DNA of 64,000 nucleotides from the NCBI RefSeq assembly GCF_004010195.1, contig NC_057718.1:97637300-97701299 (forward strand), given 5' to 3'. The translations under genes were made by a program, and so were the position numbers. The notes beneath the pieces were generated by a model. It saw only the letters and a list, made by a program, of their open reading frames with translations. It had not been told where the DNA came from and made no database searches. The first letter of the stretch is position 1, and each line of letters opens with the position of its first letter. Below, one piece after another: positions 1 to 11,194 of the stretch. The DNA is from Chiloscyllium plagiosum. Its lineage: Eukaryota.

Positions 1-220
1 GTAGTGCGTGTGTGGAGTGAGCTGCCAGAGGAAGTGGTGGAAGCTGGTAGAATTGCAACATTTAAAAGGTATCTGGATGGGTATATGAATAGGAAGGGTT
101 TGGAGGGATATGGGTCAACTGCTGGCAAGTGGGACTAGATTGGGTTGGGATATCTGCTCGGCATGGATGAGTTGTACCGAAGTGTCTGTTTTCGTGCTGT
201 ACATCTCTGCGACTCTATGA
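1..220 (+). mobile_element. CR1/HER1-type LINE 3' end
   Basis: Matches the 'gagctgccagaggaagtggtg...tttaaaagg...ggatgg' end and 3' UTR that recurs at 34670-34860 and 49300-49497. Confidence 0.8.
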
Positions 221-605
221 CCCACTACTGGCTGTGGAAGAGAATTTCAAAGAAGTACAAACCTCTGGGAGAAGAGTTTTTTACTCCTCTCTGTCTCCAC
301 TGTCTCCTTAAGTTTTTTTAAACGCTCCCCCTTGGTTCTAGATTCTTCTCAGTACTTGCCCTGTCAAGTCCTCTCAGAGTTTGGTACATCACTTCTCATT
401 GTGCTAAACTCTAACAGGGATAGATCAAAGCTACTCAACCTTTCCACATCAGATATCCCTTTCATCCGAGGAAACAGTCGAATGAACCTTCTCTGAAATG
501 TATCCCTTTTAAGTCTATCACCAAGACAGAGGAACCTCCTTCATGAGTCCACTCTGCCCATCGAAGAGATAGCCCCCACTCCCCTCTGCCTCCTCCATAT
601 ATGTT

Positions 606-923
606 GGCGGCACGGTGGCACAGTGGTTAGCACTGCTGCCTCGCAGCGCCAGACACCCGGGTTCAATTCCCGACTCAGGCGACTGACTGTGTGGAGTTTG
701 CACGTTCTCCCCGTGTCTGCGTGGGTTTCCTCCGGGGGCTCCGGTTTCCTCCCACAGTCCAAAGATGTGCAAGTCAGGTGAATTGGCCATGCTAAATTGC
801 CCGTAGTGTTAGGTAAAGGGGTAAATGTAGGGGTATGGGTGGGTTACACTTCGGCGTGTCGGTGTGGACTTGTTGGGCCGAAGGGCCTGTTTCCACACTG
901 TAAGTAATCTAATCTAATCTAAT
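606..923 (+). mobile_element. HE1-type V-SINE, young full-length copy
   Basis: tRNA-like head (A box TGGCACAGTGG, B box GGTTCAATTCC), V-domain GGAGTTTGCACGTTCTCCCCGTGTCTGCGTGGGTTTCC, LINE-like 3' part and (AATCT)n tail. Confidence 0.9.
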
Positions 924-1439
924 CGTACTCTCAGCTTTCACCCTTCTCCATTGGATTCTCAACCCTGACACCCATCACCTTTAAAAACTCTGTGTTGTGT
1001 GTAGACAGTGTTGCGACTCTGTCTGACTGTTAGAAATCAGTTGTAGTGTTTGCTTCATAACTTATAATGTGTTCGACTGTTTTAAATAAACCAACTCACG
1101 GGATTAATCAATTCCTGACATGCGATTGATTATTAGACCACCCCACTCAAAGTGAAGTCTCGCTCCAGCAATGACCTGCACCAGGGGTAGCCCATAATCT
1201 TGCCAGTAATCATTGAATTGCTGGACATCCAACTGGTGGCAGATCTCACGTTCAGGAAGCCCCATTTCAGACGGCCAGAATTCCAGCCTCCAGCCTGTCG
1301 ACCATTAACTGACCATGGGGTCGCCATTCTTATTGAAGGTGGACTCCCCACTTATTTTTCTAGCCAGGCAAGAAAGGGACAGTGGCACATGCATGCTGCC
1401 GAATTCCACACGGGATGTCGCATTCAGGTAAGTTTTACA

Positions 1440-1575
1440 TCTCCGAAGCCCCCTTCCCTCCATCCCACATTCCTGATGAAGGGCTTAAACCTGAAACATC
1501 GACTCTCTTGCTCCTTGGATGCTGCCTGACCTGCTGTGCTTTTCCAATGCCACACGTTTCGACTCTGATCTCTGA
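1440..1575 (+). mobile_element. Penelope-type pLTR fragment with decayed hammerhead core
   Basis: CTGATGAAGGGCTTAAACCTGAAACATC followed by GATGCTGCCTGACCTGCTGTGCTTTTCC, the same family as 9508-9595. Confidence 0.7.
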
Positions 1576-1840
1576 AGGTAAGCGATATGAGAGATGAGAC
1601 AATTGCAAAGCCCAACATGGTAGGTCATTGTGCTGGTTTAAGGCACATCAAATTCAAGACTTTAATATTATACAATTGTCAGGTAAATGTTAACAATCAA
1701 TTGTACTGACGCAAGAGGAACGTAACTGTTCAAGCTGATTTACCTCGTAAAATTAAATCTGTATCATTCCCAGAAATGACTGTCCCAGTTAAGTGATAGT
1801 ATTGTTTCCTTCGTTACCTGAGATCACTCTGCCTTTACTT

Positions 1841-2060
1841 GTAGCTCAGTGGTAGCACTTAGACCTCACAGTGAGAAGGCCGTCATTACTCTCGGGGTTT
1901 AAGGCTTCAATCCGGCCTGACACTACAAGTGCAGGACTGACTGAGTGCTGCAGTGTCAAAAGAGCTCTCTTATGGATGAAATGTTAAATGGAGGTTCCAT
2001 CTGCATATAAAAGGCCCCATCATGTCATTCAAAAAGGGGTAAGTATGTCCATATCAGTGA
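1841..2060 (+). mobile_element. old tRNA-derived SINE (Deu/SacSINE-like) 5' fragment
   Basis: GTAGCTCAGTGGTAGCACT head and degenerate body; a similar head occurs at ~29295-29480. Confidence 0.45.
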
Positions 2061-2720
2061 TGCATTCAGAATTAATCCCTGAAACAACATTAAAACAGAC
2101 AATCACTGAAAAGCACATTGCTAAAGTTGCTCATTTTGTACTCATCAGAACCAGTGCGAGAATGCCAAGTTACATAGAACATAGAAAAGTACAGCACAGA
2201 ACAGGCCCTTTGGCCCACAATGTTGTGCCGAGATTTAATCCTAATATAAAATATAGTAACAACCTACGCACCCCTCAACTCACTGCTATCCATGTGAATG
2301 TCCAGCAGTCGCTTAAGTGTCCCCAATGACTCTGCTTACGAGCAATCACAACCATTTATGCAAAAGGAGAAAACGATACTGATTGGTTCATAAGTCAATT
2401 CTGATTGGATGAGGTGCTCTAGGCTCCACCCTCCATTCCCAAGCTCCGGGGTAATTTCAGAAAAGCACAAGCCTTGAGTATATTCCTTTTGTTTGCAGAG
2501 AACTGGTCCCAGTGGATGAATATCACTTGGAGGAAATTCAAACAAACTGTATTATGAGCTTGTGTGATTGTTCAGGCAGCCCAGACAGCAGCCTTTCTCT
2601 TCTGCAGTATAAATTGTTATGATCATTTCCAATGTAACATTCTGAAGTTTGCAAAGTGCAAAGTGAAAAACTTTAAAATGTGTTTTGGTTTTCAGCAATA
2701 CGAAAACAGGCTACCATTTC

Positions 2721-3298
2721 TGAAATAACTCAACAGAGGCCGGTATCCCATCCCCAAGTCACCCTTTATTTACATGTGCGCAATACAGTCAGTTGTGCTC
2801 TAACGCATGGTTCCATTCTCATACAATCCCGTGTAATGAGAAAATTGTGTAATAGCAGCACCACTTAAACTAATGGGGCCGGAATTGTGTTATAACCAAT
2901 GTACATTTTGAAAGTTCACACTATGGAAACAATGTCCCCAATTTGTCAATCGGGTTATAGCGAAACGCACGTTATAGCTGAACGACCTGTACTTGACACT
3001 GATCCAGTTTCCTCAGAGCCAGCTCTCAGAGTGAACGGAACCCCTGAGACTCCTTGTTGTCTTTTAAATATTTTTTCTCTCTTTTTTTAAGAGGTCAGTT
3101 CCATCCCTAACACAAAATGGAGAGTCCTTCACCACTGATCCAGTTCCCTCAGAGCCAGTTCTCAGAGTGAACAGAAGCTCTGAGACTCCTGTTTCTATCT
3201 GTCAGCCAGAGCTCCCGGCTTGGATCAGGTTAACAGCCCCAATCAGTGAACTCATTCTCTATGAGGTCCACCTGGCTGACCTTCTTGCAATCACTACA
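2721..3298 (-). mobile_element. Gypsy solo LTR (same family as 14455), interrupted by a MITE and partly duplicated
   Basis: Reverse complement begins TGTAGTGATTG and ends GAGTTATTTCA, matching the LTRs at 14455 and 19381. Confidence 0.85.
2786..2989. mobile_element. Tc1/mariner-pogo-type MITE
   Basis: TA on both sides (2784-2785, 2990-2991). Imperfect TIRs: CAGTCAGTTGTGCTCTAACG versus reverse-complemented end CAGGTCGTTCAGCTATAACG. Removing it restores the LTR. Confidence 0.75.
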
Positions 3299-3624
3299 AG
3301 CTCATTTATCACACTGTTGTTTATGGGATCCTGTTGCACACCCGATCGGATGCTACTTTTCCCTAATTACTGCATTGACAACAAAAGTACTTCAAGATCC
3401 TTCGGGATGTCGCATGACAGCTGCTAAATAAATGCAAGTCATTTTTGTTCAGGTTAATTCATATCTTGATGTGTTTCTGAATGTTTTTGAGGCAAGCAAG
3501 GAGTGGACACCATGTTAGTGCAAGCTGACATAATTTTTTAATAAGTATTTACATGAGGTACGGAGATGTGGTGGTGGAAGAATTCACTAGAACCTTCTTC
3601 CCTCAGGATTTCAGATGATACAGA

Positions 3625-4437
3625 ATAAGAGCTATAAGACCATAAGAAATAGGAGTGGAAGTAAGGCCATTCAGCCCGTCAAGTCCACTCCGCCATTCAA
3701 TCATGGCTGATGGGTATTTTAACGCCACTTACCCGCACTCTCCCCATAATCCCTTAATTCCTTGCAAGATTAAGAATTTATCAATCTCTGCCTTGAAGAC
3801 ATTTAATGTCCCGGCCTCCACTGTGTTCCATGGCAATGAATTCCACAGGCCCACCACTCTCTGGCTGAAGAAATGTGTCCTCATTTCTATTCTAAATTGA
3901 ACCCCTCTAATTCTAAGGCTGTGCACACAGGTCCTAATATCCCCGCCTGATGGAAACAATTTCCCAGCGTCCACCCTTTCTAAGCCATGCATTTTCTTGT
4001 AAGTTTCTATTTGATCTCCACTCAACCTTCTGAACTCTAATGAATACAATCCAGGATCCTCACATGTTCATCATATGTTAGGCCTACCATTCCAGGGATC
4101 ATCTGTGTGAATCTCCGCGAGACACGCTCCAGTGCCAGTATGTCCTTCCTAAGGTGTGGGGCCCAAAACTGGACACAGTATTCTAAATGGGGCCTAAGTA
4201 GAGCTTTATAAAGTCTTAGTAGCACCTCACTGTTTTTACGTTCCAACCCTCTTGAAATAAATGACAACATTACGTTTGCTTTCTTAACCATGGACTCAAC
4301 CTGCAAGTCAACCTTTAGAGAATCCTGGACCAGCACTCCCAGATCGCTTTGTATTTTAGCTGTATGAATTTTCTGACCGCTTAGAAAATAGTCCATGCCT
4401 GTGTTCTTTTTTCGAAAGTGCAAGACCTTGCATTTGC
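3625..4437 (-). mobile_element. CR1 LINE 3' fragment
   Basis: Minus-strand peptides KCKVLHF...DLGVLV...LYKALLRPHLEYCVQFWAP and FFSQRVVGLWNSLP are typical of the CR1 ORF2 C-terminus; short-repeat tail. Confidence 0.92.
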
Positions 4438-4573
4438 ATGAACCCTTCATGCTACTAATTTCATTCTGCTAGTCAAAATGGGCCCATTTTAGTCATTTGG
4501 TATTTCTTTCTTTGCCTCATACTGTTGAACTTCAGATCACTATTAAGATGGGGATTTTGTTGTTTCCTTTCAG

Positions 4574-4738
4574 GTGCTCTCGGGTCAATTTCTCTCCGAC
4601 AAGAAAGTTGGGACTTACGTGGAGATAGACATGTTTGGTCTTCCAGTGGACACGAGAAGGAAGGCTTTCAAAACGAAAACGTCACAGAACAATGCGGTAA
4701 ATCCAGTCTGGGAAGATGACCCCATCGTGTTTAAAAAG
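4574..4738 (+). CDS. PLCB1: PLCB1 internal coding exon (165 nt, C2 domain N-part)
   Basis: tttcag|GTG...AAG|gttcgt. Encodes [55 protein letters not shown], near-identical to the vertebrate PLCB1 C2 domain as I recall it. Phase 0/0. Confidence 0.96.
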
Positions 4739-4829
4739 GTTCGTCCTTTCCCTTTCAAGACTTTGCAGCATTACTGTATTTCCTTTCAGGCCAGTTAACT
4801 TTCTTCCTTGAGGCGAAATGCAGAGAGAG

Positions 4830-5880
4830 CTGTGGAGTCATACAGCACGGAAACAGACCCTTCGGTCCAACTCGTCCATGCCGACCTTTTTCTCCCAAAA
4901 GTAAACTAGTCCCACGTGCCTGCATTTGACCCACATCATTCTAAACCTTTCCTGTTCAGGTACCTGTCCAGTTGCCTTTTAACGTTGTAACTGTACCTGC
5001 ATCTACCTCTTGAGATGATGCTGCTCCTTTCACAAGTTCATGCTGTCTTTGGCTTTATTTTTCAGAGAGGTCGTAAATGCAGTGATTCAGAAAAGTCTGG
5101 CCTTGGACGGGCTTTAGGGCCAAGTTGATTATAGCTAACAGATACTGTCCCAGGCAACAGCCTTTCAGGTTAAAAGAAAACACTTGTACCATGAAGGGGG
5201 AGTGGCCAGTTCTCCCAGCCCAGCTTTTCTCTGGTTTGGTTTGAGTAGTCTGCCTGGTCACTGAAAGCAGTCAGTCAGTTTGAGGCTGCTGGTCCTAGAA
5301 ACAGCTACATGGAAGAGGGTCTTCCATGTTGAATATCTTTTCCACCTCTCTCTCTCTCCTGTAAGACCCTGTATTTGATTTTTCCTTTTGTGCCAAGAGA
5401 TGTTTGTGGGGATTTTTGCAAATATTTGGAACAGCACCATTAATTTGGGATAACCTGTTGAGTTTTTGGATATGTTGTTATTCCGTATTCTGTTGTCTTT
5501 TGGTTGTGTTTCATTCCATAATCTTGCAAATAAAGTCTGTTTTGTTTAAAACTAAGTGGTTTGATCAGCTGCATCGCACCTGGAATATCCACTATACACC
5601 TGCTTAAAACAATGAGCAAAGTTAGGGTCTGGGCTCCTTTCTTGAAATGTTTTGAGGGAGTCTGGCCTGGTCCATAACATGCTTCCCCAGGCAGTTCTTT
5701 CCACATACGAACCATCCTTTATGTGAAAATGTTGTCACTTTTAAATATTTCTCCAATATTTCTCATCTTATCTATGCCCCTCATGATTTTATAAACCACT
5801 GTAAGGTCACGCCTCAACTTCCTAAACTCCAGTGAGAAAGTCCCAGCTTATCCAGCCTCTCCTTATAACTCAAACCCCGA
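4830..5880 (-). mobile_element. CR1 3' fragment split by a solo LTR
   Basis: CR1 3' UTR at 4830-5010 resumes at 5680-5880 (MVRMWKELPGE in the minus ORF). Confidence 0.7.
5011..5679 (+). mobile_element. probable solo LTR (~670 bp, second LTR family)
   Basis: TG...TAACA termini and AATAAA near 5528; cleanly interrupts a CR1 tail. No exact TSD seen. Confidence 0.55.
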
Positions 5881-7427
5881 GAGAAATGCAGAGTAAAGTT
5901 TAAATGTTGATAATTTCACATCAGATGTTTCGTTGCAGATGCTGTCTGATCTGCTGACTTCATGCAGCCTATTCTGCCCTTGGGGATCTTACTTTCTGTC
6001 CTTCCCAGGCTCAACGACACTGAGCACTTCTTAAATTAGCTCAGAGGTCTCAGCTTCTTTTGATGCATGATTCTTTTGTGCAGGAGGTGTGCAAACATTT
6101 ATTTCAGACTGATGAACAGGGTTCTGCACCCAGGCTGCTGACTCAACCTCAATAAATTCCTGCGCACGGGTCAGCAACTCTTTCAAAGTCACCGCTGACC
6201 AGCATCTCAGCTTCCGCCTTCCTTTAGCTTGAGCTCATCCAAAACTCTGTTGTCCGCCCTGGAATTCACATGATTATCCTTTTGCCTCTCGCCCTGCACT
6301 CATTGATCTACAGATTCTCGTTCTATCAAAGCCTCAACTTTAAAATTTCACCTTTGTTTTGAATCTTTCCATTTCCTTCCCTACTCCCGATCTTTGTAAT
6401 ATACCCCTCGAGCCTGCGCAATATTTGTGTTTATTTGGTTTAGCCCTTTTGCAGGGGGACCATAACACCCTGGTAATGTCACTGGACTAGGAATCCAGAA
6501 GCACAGGGTCAGCGTTTTGCAAGACAGGTGTTCAAATCCCATCACGGCAATGATGGATGACAGTGTTAGCTACACTCCTGAGCCAATTAGTTAGCAATAG
6601 AAGCGAGACTCCACCTTGTGATTGGACAGCAACAGCCATTAGCAAGAGTTGTCAATCTAGCCAGGAGACCCAGATGCAAGACCAGGGAGTGAGGCTGAGA
6701 ACTGGGGTGATGCAAGGCCACCAAGTGAGGAGAGGGTGTAGAGGGGGATGGATAATAGAGCTGCAAAGGAGGCAGTGGTGCTGGAGGAAATGGTTTTAAA
6801 CATTTTAATTAAGCAATATTTATGTAATTGGGAACTGAGGTAATAAATTCCTTGCAAATAAAAGTGGAATCTCTAGCTTTAGGTTGCAGTTATTCAGGGA
6901 CTATTATATGGGGACAGGATGTATTGGATGTTAATGTCAAAAACGTTACGTCAACAGGATAATTTAATACTGAACAATTTTATTTCTTAAAGATTTGTAC
7001 TTATGTGATTTCATATCTCAGAGCATCTCACATACTATGAATTATTGAAGTTTAGTGGCTGTGTTAGAGACAAACATCCAACCATTGAGCTGTGTTGTCA
7101 CCACTCTGCAGAAAGCACATTTATGATAATGGCTCTTAGTCTGTGGTAGTGTGTGTCATTTATTTGTACAATAAAAAAGCACTTGTTGCTAACTTCTGCC
7201 TATTAACTCATGCTAATTTATTTACCGTGATTAGTAAGAAATTAATGCTCTTCTTGTGTGATTTGGTTTTAAATTACATGGAGCAGTGATTATGGGGGAC
7301 ACTGGTGAAGCCTTGTAATTCTGCTTCTGTATGAATTCAAATCCTGGACATGTCAAGGCAAATACACAAGATATTGTCGCAAAGTGACTGCATCACCTGG
7401 TGGAGGAGTAAATAAGAATAAATAGTG

Positions 7428-8325
7428 CAGTGAAGAAGGCATATGGCGTACTGGCTTTTATTGGTAGGGGAATTGAGTTCCGGAGTACTAAGGTCATGTT
7501 GCAGTTGTATAAGACTCTGGTGCAGCCGCATCTGGAGTATTGTGTGCAGTTTTGGTCGCCATACTATAGGAAGGATGTGGAGGCACTGGAACGGGTGCAG
7601 AGGAGGTTTACCAGGATGTTGCCTGGTATGGTAGAAAGATCGTATGAGGAAAGGCTGAGGCAATTGGGGCTGTTTTCATTGGAGAAAACAAGGTTTGGGG
7701 GTGACTTGATAGAGGTGTACAAGATTCTTTACTCAGTGAGTCGTGAGTTCATGGAATGCCCTGCCAGTAGCAGTGGTGGACTCTCCCTCTTTATGGGCAT
7801 TTAAGCGGGCATTGGATAGGCATATGGAGGATAGTGGGCTAGTGTAGGTTAGGTGGGCTTGGATCGGCGCAACATCGAGGGCCAAAGGGCCTGTACTGCG
7901 CTGTATTCTTCTATGTTCTATATGTTTCTATGAAATAGAAGGTTGCGGAGTGACCTTATAGAGGTTTATAAAATCATGAGGGATCTGGACAAGGTGAATG
8001 ACGATGTATTTTCCCTAGGGTTGGGGACTTCAAGACTAGGAGACATAGTTTTAAGGTGGATGGAGAAGTGTTTTAAAAAGACACGAGGGACAATTTTTTT
8101 ACATGGGCAGTGGTTCGTGTGTGGAATGAACTTCCAGAGGAAGTGGTGGCTGCAGGTACAGTTACAAAGTTTAAAAGACATTTAGATAAGTATATGAGTA
8201 AGGAAGGTTTGGACGGATATGGGCCAAATGCTGGCAGGTGGGACTAGTTGAGTTTGACATTATGGATTGGTTGGACCGACGGGTCTGCTTCCATGGTGGA
8301 TGACTTCATGACTTCATGATTCTAT
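7428..8325 (+). mobile_element. two adjacent CR1 3' fragments
   Basis: KKAYGVLAFIGRGIEFRS...LEYCVQFWSP with a (TTCTATG)n tail at ~7910-7932. A second copy, RSDLIEVYKIMR, runs from 7935 to a tail near 8325. Confidence 0.9.
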
Positions 8326-8388
8326 GAGAAAAGAAACCAAAACATAACCCTTGAGAAATCCAAGGAGGAACACGAGGGACAATTAGTG

Positions 8389-8702
8389 GGCGGCACTGTG
8401 GCACAGTGATTAGCACTGCTGCCTCGCAGCGCCAGAGACCCGGGTTCAATTCCCGCCTCAGGCGACTGACTGTGTGGAGTTTGCACGTTCTCCCCGTGTC
8501 TGCGTGGGTTTCCTCCAGGTGCTCCGGTTTCCTCCCACAGTCCAAAGATGTGCAGGTCAGGTGAATTGGCCATGCTAAATTGCCCGTAGTGTTAGGTAAA
8601 GGGGTAAATGTAGGGGTATGGGTGGGTTACGCTTCGGCGGGTCGGTGTGGACTTGTTGGGCCGAAGGGCCTGTTTCCACACTGTAAAGTAATCTAATCTA
8701 AT
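8389..8702 (+). mobile_element. HE1-type V-SINE
   Basis: Near-identical to 606-923. Confidence 0.9.
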
Positions 8703-9376
8703 GAAGGTAATCTAATGAAGGAACCTTGGCAAAATGAAAAATGCATTGAGACAGAGTACAAAAATACATTGATTATGTTGTCTCTATACTATTTCAGTTA
8801 TCTTTCTGACTGATGGTTTATTCCTATCAGCAGAGAAATGGGTCCAAGTGACAAGGGCTGTTCTGATTGGCGAGATTTGCTATCGATTGTTTAAAAATGA
8901 GGCAGCTTTTGCTGATGCCCAGAAATGTGCGCGATGGCAGTGAAATCTCTGAACTGAATTGAAATAAAGGATGATAAAGCCTAGCAAAGTCCTCAAGAAA
9001 GGTGAAGAGGTCAGAACTATATAGGTGGAGGATTAAATAAAAATTAAATGTAGTGATTTTTTAAAACAATTTAAAGAGTGGCTTTATATTACACATATGT
9101 ATGTGTAAAAATCAGAGGTGATCATGAGCAGTCACAATTTATAATCAAAACATAAATATCAGCAGTCATTCCTTAAAAATAAAGCTATGGAAAGCCATAG
9201 TGTGCAAACACCCCACTCTCCACATGGGATGGTGTCCAAAAACTGGGAAAGGTTCGGCTCTTGAATCCTACACTTTGGGATCCACAATAAAGAGGAATTA
9301 GTGAGAATGACAGTCAGGAAGAAGTGAAGAATTTGCTCCAAGAAGAATTAGCAATGCCGCACAACAATAATTCAGT

Positions 9377-9595
9377 AGGCGAAAGACAGGACCGCAGATG
9401 CTGGAGATTAGAGTTGAGATTGTGGTGCTGGAAATGCACAGCAGGTCAGGCAGTATCCGAGGAGCAGGAGAGTCGACATTTCAGGCAAAAACCCTTCATC
9501 AGGAATAGTCCTGATGAAGGGCTATTTGCCCGAAACGTCGATTCTTCTGCTCCTCGGATGCTGCCTGACCTGCTGTGCTTTTCCAGCACCACACT
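9377..9595. mobile_element. palindromic Penelope-derived mini-element (family A) with hammerhead cores
   Basis: 15-bp TSD CAACAATAATTCAGT (9362-9376, 9596-9610). Inverted arms around ATAG; + strand CTGATGA-AGGGCTATTTGCCC-GAAACGTC. Confidence 0.85.
9507..9543 (+). ncRNA. minimal type I hammerhead ribozyme motif
   Basis: Helix I AGUC/GAUU, core CUGAUGA (9511-9517), helix II GGGC/GCCC, GAA plus palindromic ACGU plus C17. Activity untested. Confidence 0.7.
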
Positions 9596-9903
9596 CAACA
9601 ATAATTCAGTCCCCAGCCAAGAGCTCTAAATTGAGCAGGCCAGTGCTGAGAATTCTTCAAGAAAGTACTTTCCAGAGTCCTTGCCTTGACTCAACAAAAG
9701 AAAAATCATGACCCTTTGTTTGTGTGTTCCCCACGTAGACCAGCCAACCCAGCCACACCCTCATCCTCAAAGCCACGTGCCAACAGGCCTGACCCTCATA
9801 TGATCCTTAATTGTTTGCGAAGACCAAAAGCAAGAGGAGCAGATGATGTGACCAAATATGAGACACCTTTTGTTAGTTAACTATCATCCTTTAAAGATCT
9901 GTT

Positions 9904-10120
9904 GTGCAGGGGGAGGGGGGGGTGGGGTTGTTGTGGTCCAGCCAATAGTTTCCTCCCTCAGAGCGAGAAGATGCAAATTAAAGTCCCGTAGTAGTGATTG
10001 TAATGAGGTCAGTGCAGGGGGAGGGGGGGGGGGGGTTGTTGTGGTCCAGCCAATAGTTTCCTTCCTCAGAGCGAGAAGATGCAAATTAAAGTCCCGTAGT
10101 AGTGATTGTAATGAGGTCAG
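9904..10120. repeat. tandem duplication, 2 x ~108 bp
   Basis: Unit GTGCAGGGGGAGGG...GTAATGAGGTCAG starts at 9904 and 10012; the copies are nearly identical. Confidence 0.9.
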
Positions 10121-10327
10121 ACGGGTGGACCACATAGAATATGAGTTCCCTGATTGGGGCTGTTAATCTGGTCCAATGAGGGAGCCCTGGCTAACAAATA
10201 TAAACTGGAATGACAAAGGTTCTGTTCACTGTGAGAGCTGGCTCTGAGGGAGCTGGATCAGTGTCAAGGCCTCTCCATGTGTAAGGTGACATGATGACGG
10301 GATACCGGCCTCTGTCGAGTTATTTAA
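10097..10327 (+). mobile_element. Gypsy solo LTR
   Basis: TAGTGATTGTAATGAGGTCAG...ATAGAATATGAGTTCCCTGATTGGGGCTG...GAGTTATTTAA, matching 14455 and 19381. Confidence 0.85.
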
Positions 10328-10404
10328 CCCACCTACTCCAGCGGCAAGTAATAGCATCAAGGGATAGCGAACTATATAAAGATCTGTTTTATCAGTCATG
10401 TTAA

Positions 10405-10730
10405 ATATGTTGATATATCATGTGATGTGGGCATTGCTGGCTAGAGGTCAGTCAATCACATTGTTGTCGGTCTGGAGTCACAGATAGGCCAGACCAGATA
10501 GGGAGGGCAGATTTCCCTCCCCAATGAACACTAGGGAATGAGATGCGTTCTTAACAAGAATAAACAGTAGATACATGGTCAGCACTAAATTAATGCTTTT
10601 GTCCAAATTTGGTTATTTGATTCAAATGTCATCTTGAATTGGGGCCTTGCTGGGATTCAAAACACATCCTCCAAACATTAGTCTGGAGTTCGATATTGGC
10701 AGTCCAGTGATGTCACCACTATGTAACCAG
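10405..10730 (-). mobile_element. second tRNA-SINE family, decayed copy
   Basis: Reverse complement resembles 51515-51962. Confidence 0.5.
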
Positions 10731-10874
10731 CTCTGCTGGTTAATGTTAGAGAAAAAATTTGGAATTTTTAATCATTTGCCCAAACCTTTTGAAAGATGTT
10801 TTTTAAACAATTGTATTCTTCCATATTAATTGAAATATGTACATTTTTTAAATAGAAACCTGTCTAATTTTCAG

Positions 10875-10974
10875 GTTGTGCTACCATCTCTGTCATCGTT
10901 ACGGATATCGGTCTATGAGGAAGGAGGGAAATTTATAGGCCACCGCATACTGCCTGTACAGGCTATTCGACCAG
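10875..10974 (+). CDS. PLCB1: PLCB1 internal coding exon (100 nt, C2 domain)
   Basis: tttcag|GTT...CCAG|gtaagc. Encodes [33 protein letters not shown](G). Phase 0/1. Confidence 0.96.
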
Positions 10975-11194
10975 GTAAGCATACATTTGTTCCGTATACT
11001 TGTCTGCAAAATTTTCTGAGGTTTCATTTTATTCCCATTCACTCTTTCTATCTGTACCTTCAATGAAAAGATAAAAAAACACATTACTAGATATTTTCAT
11101 CGTGCCCTCATCAGGATGCATGCAAGAGTACCAAATCCTAAGCAATCACAACGTTTTATGCTAAAGTAGGAAAGGGCGCTGATTGTTTGGCAAG

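Larger units (their letters stand above)
8798..9880 (+). pseudogene. putative decayed multi-C-type-lectin-domain relic (about 3 CTLDs)
   Basis: Manual translation across frameshifts gives VLIGEICYRLFKNEAAFADAQKC, then WCPK/NWERFGS, then FQSPCLDSTKEKS*PFVC, then TCQQA*PSYD/LNCL. Many stops and frameshifts; interrupted at 9377-9595. Confidence 0.45.

Noticed and set aside
518..790. Recurrent short ORFs such as MANSPDLHIFGLWEETG and MDCGRKPEHPEETHADTG
   Set aside because: These are translations of HE1 SINE copies, not genes.
8798..8820. VIFLTDG as a von Willebrand A motif
   Set aside because: An isolated heptapeptide; the following sequence fits a C-type lectin pattern instead.
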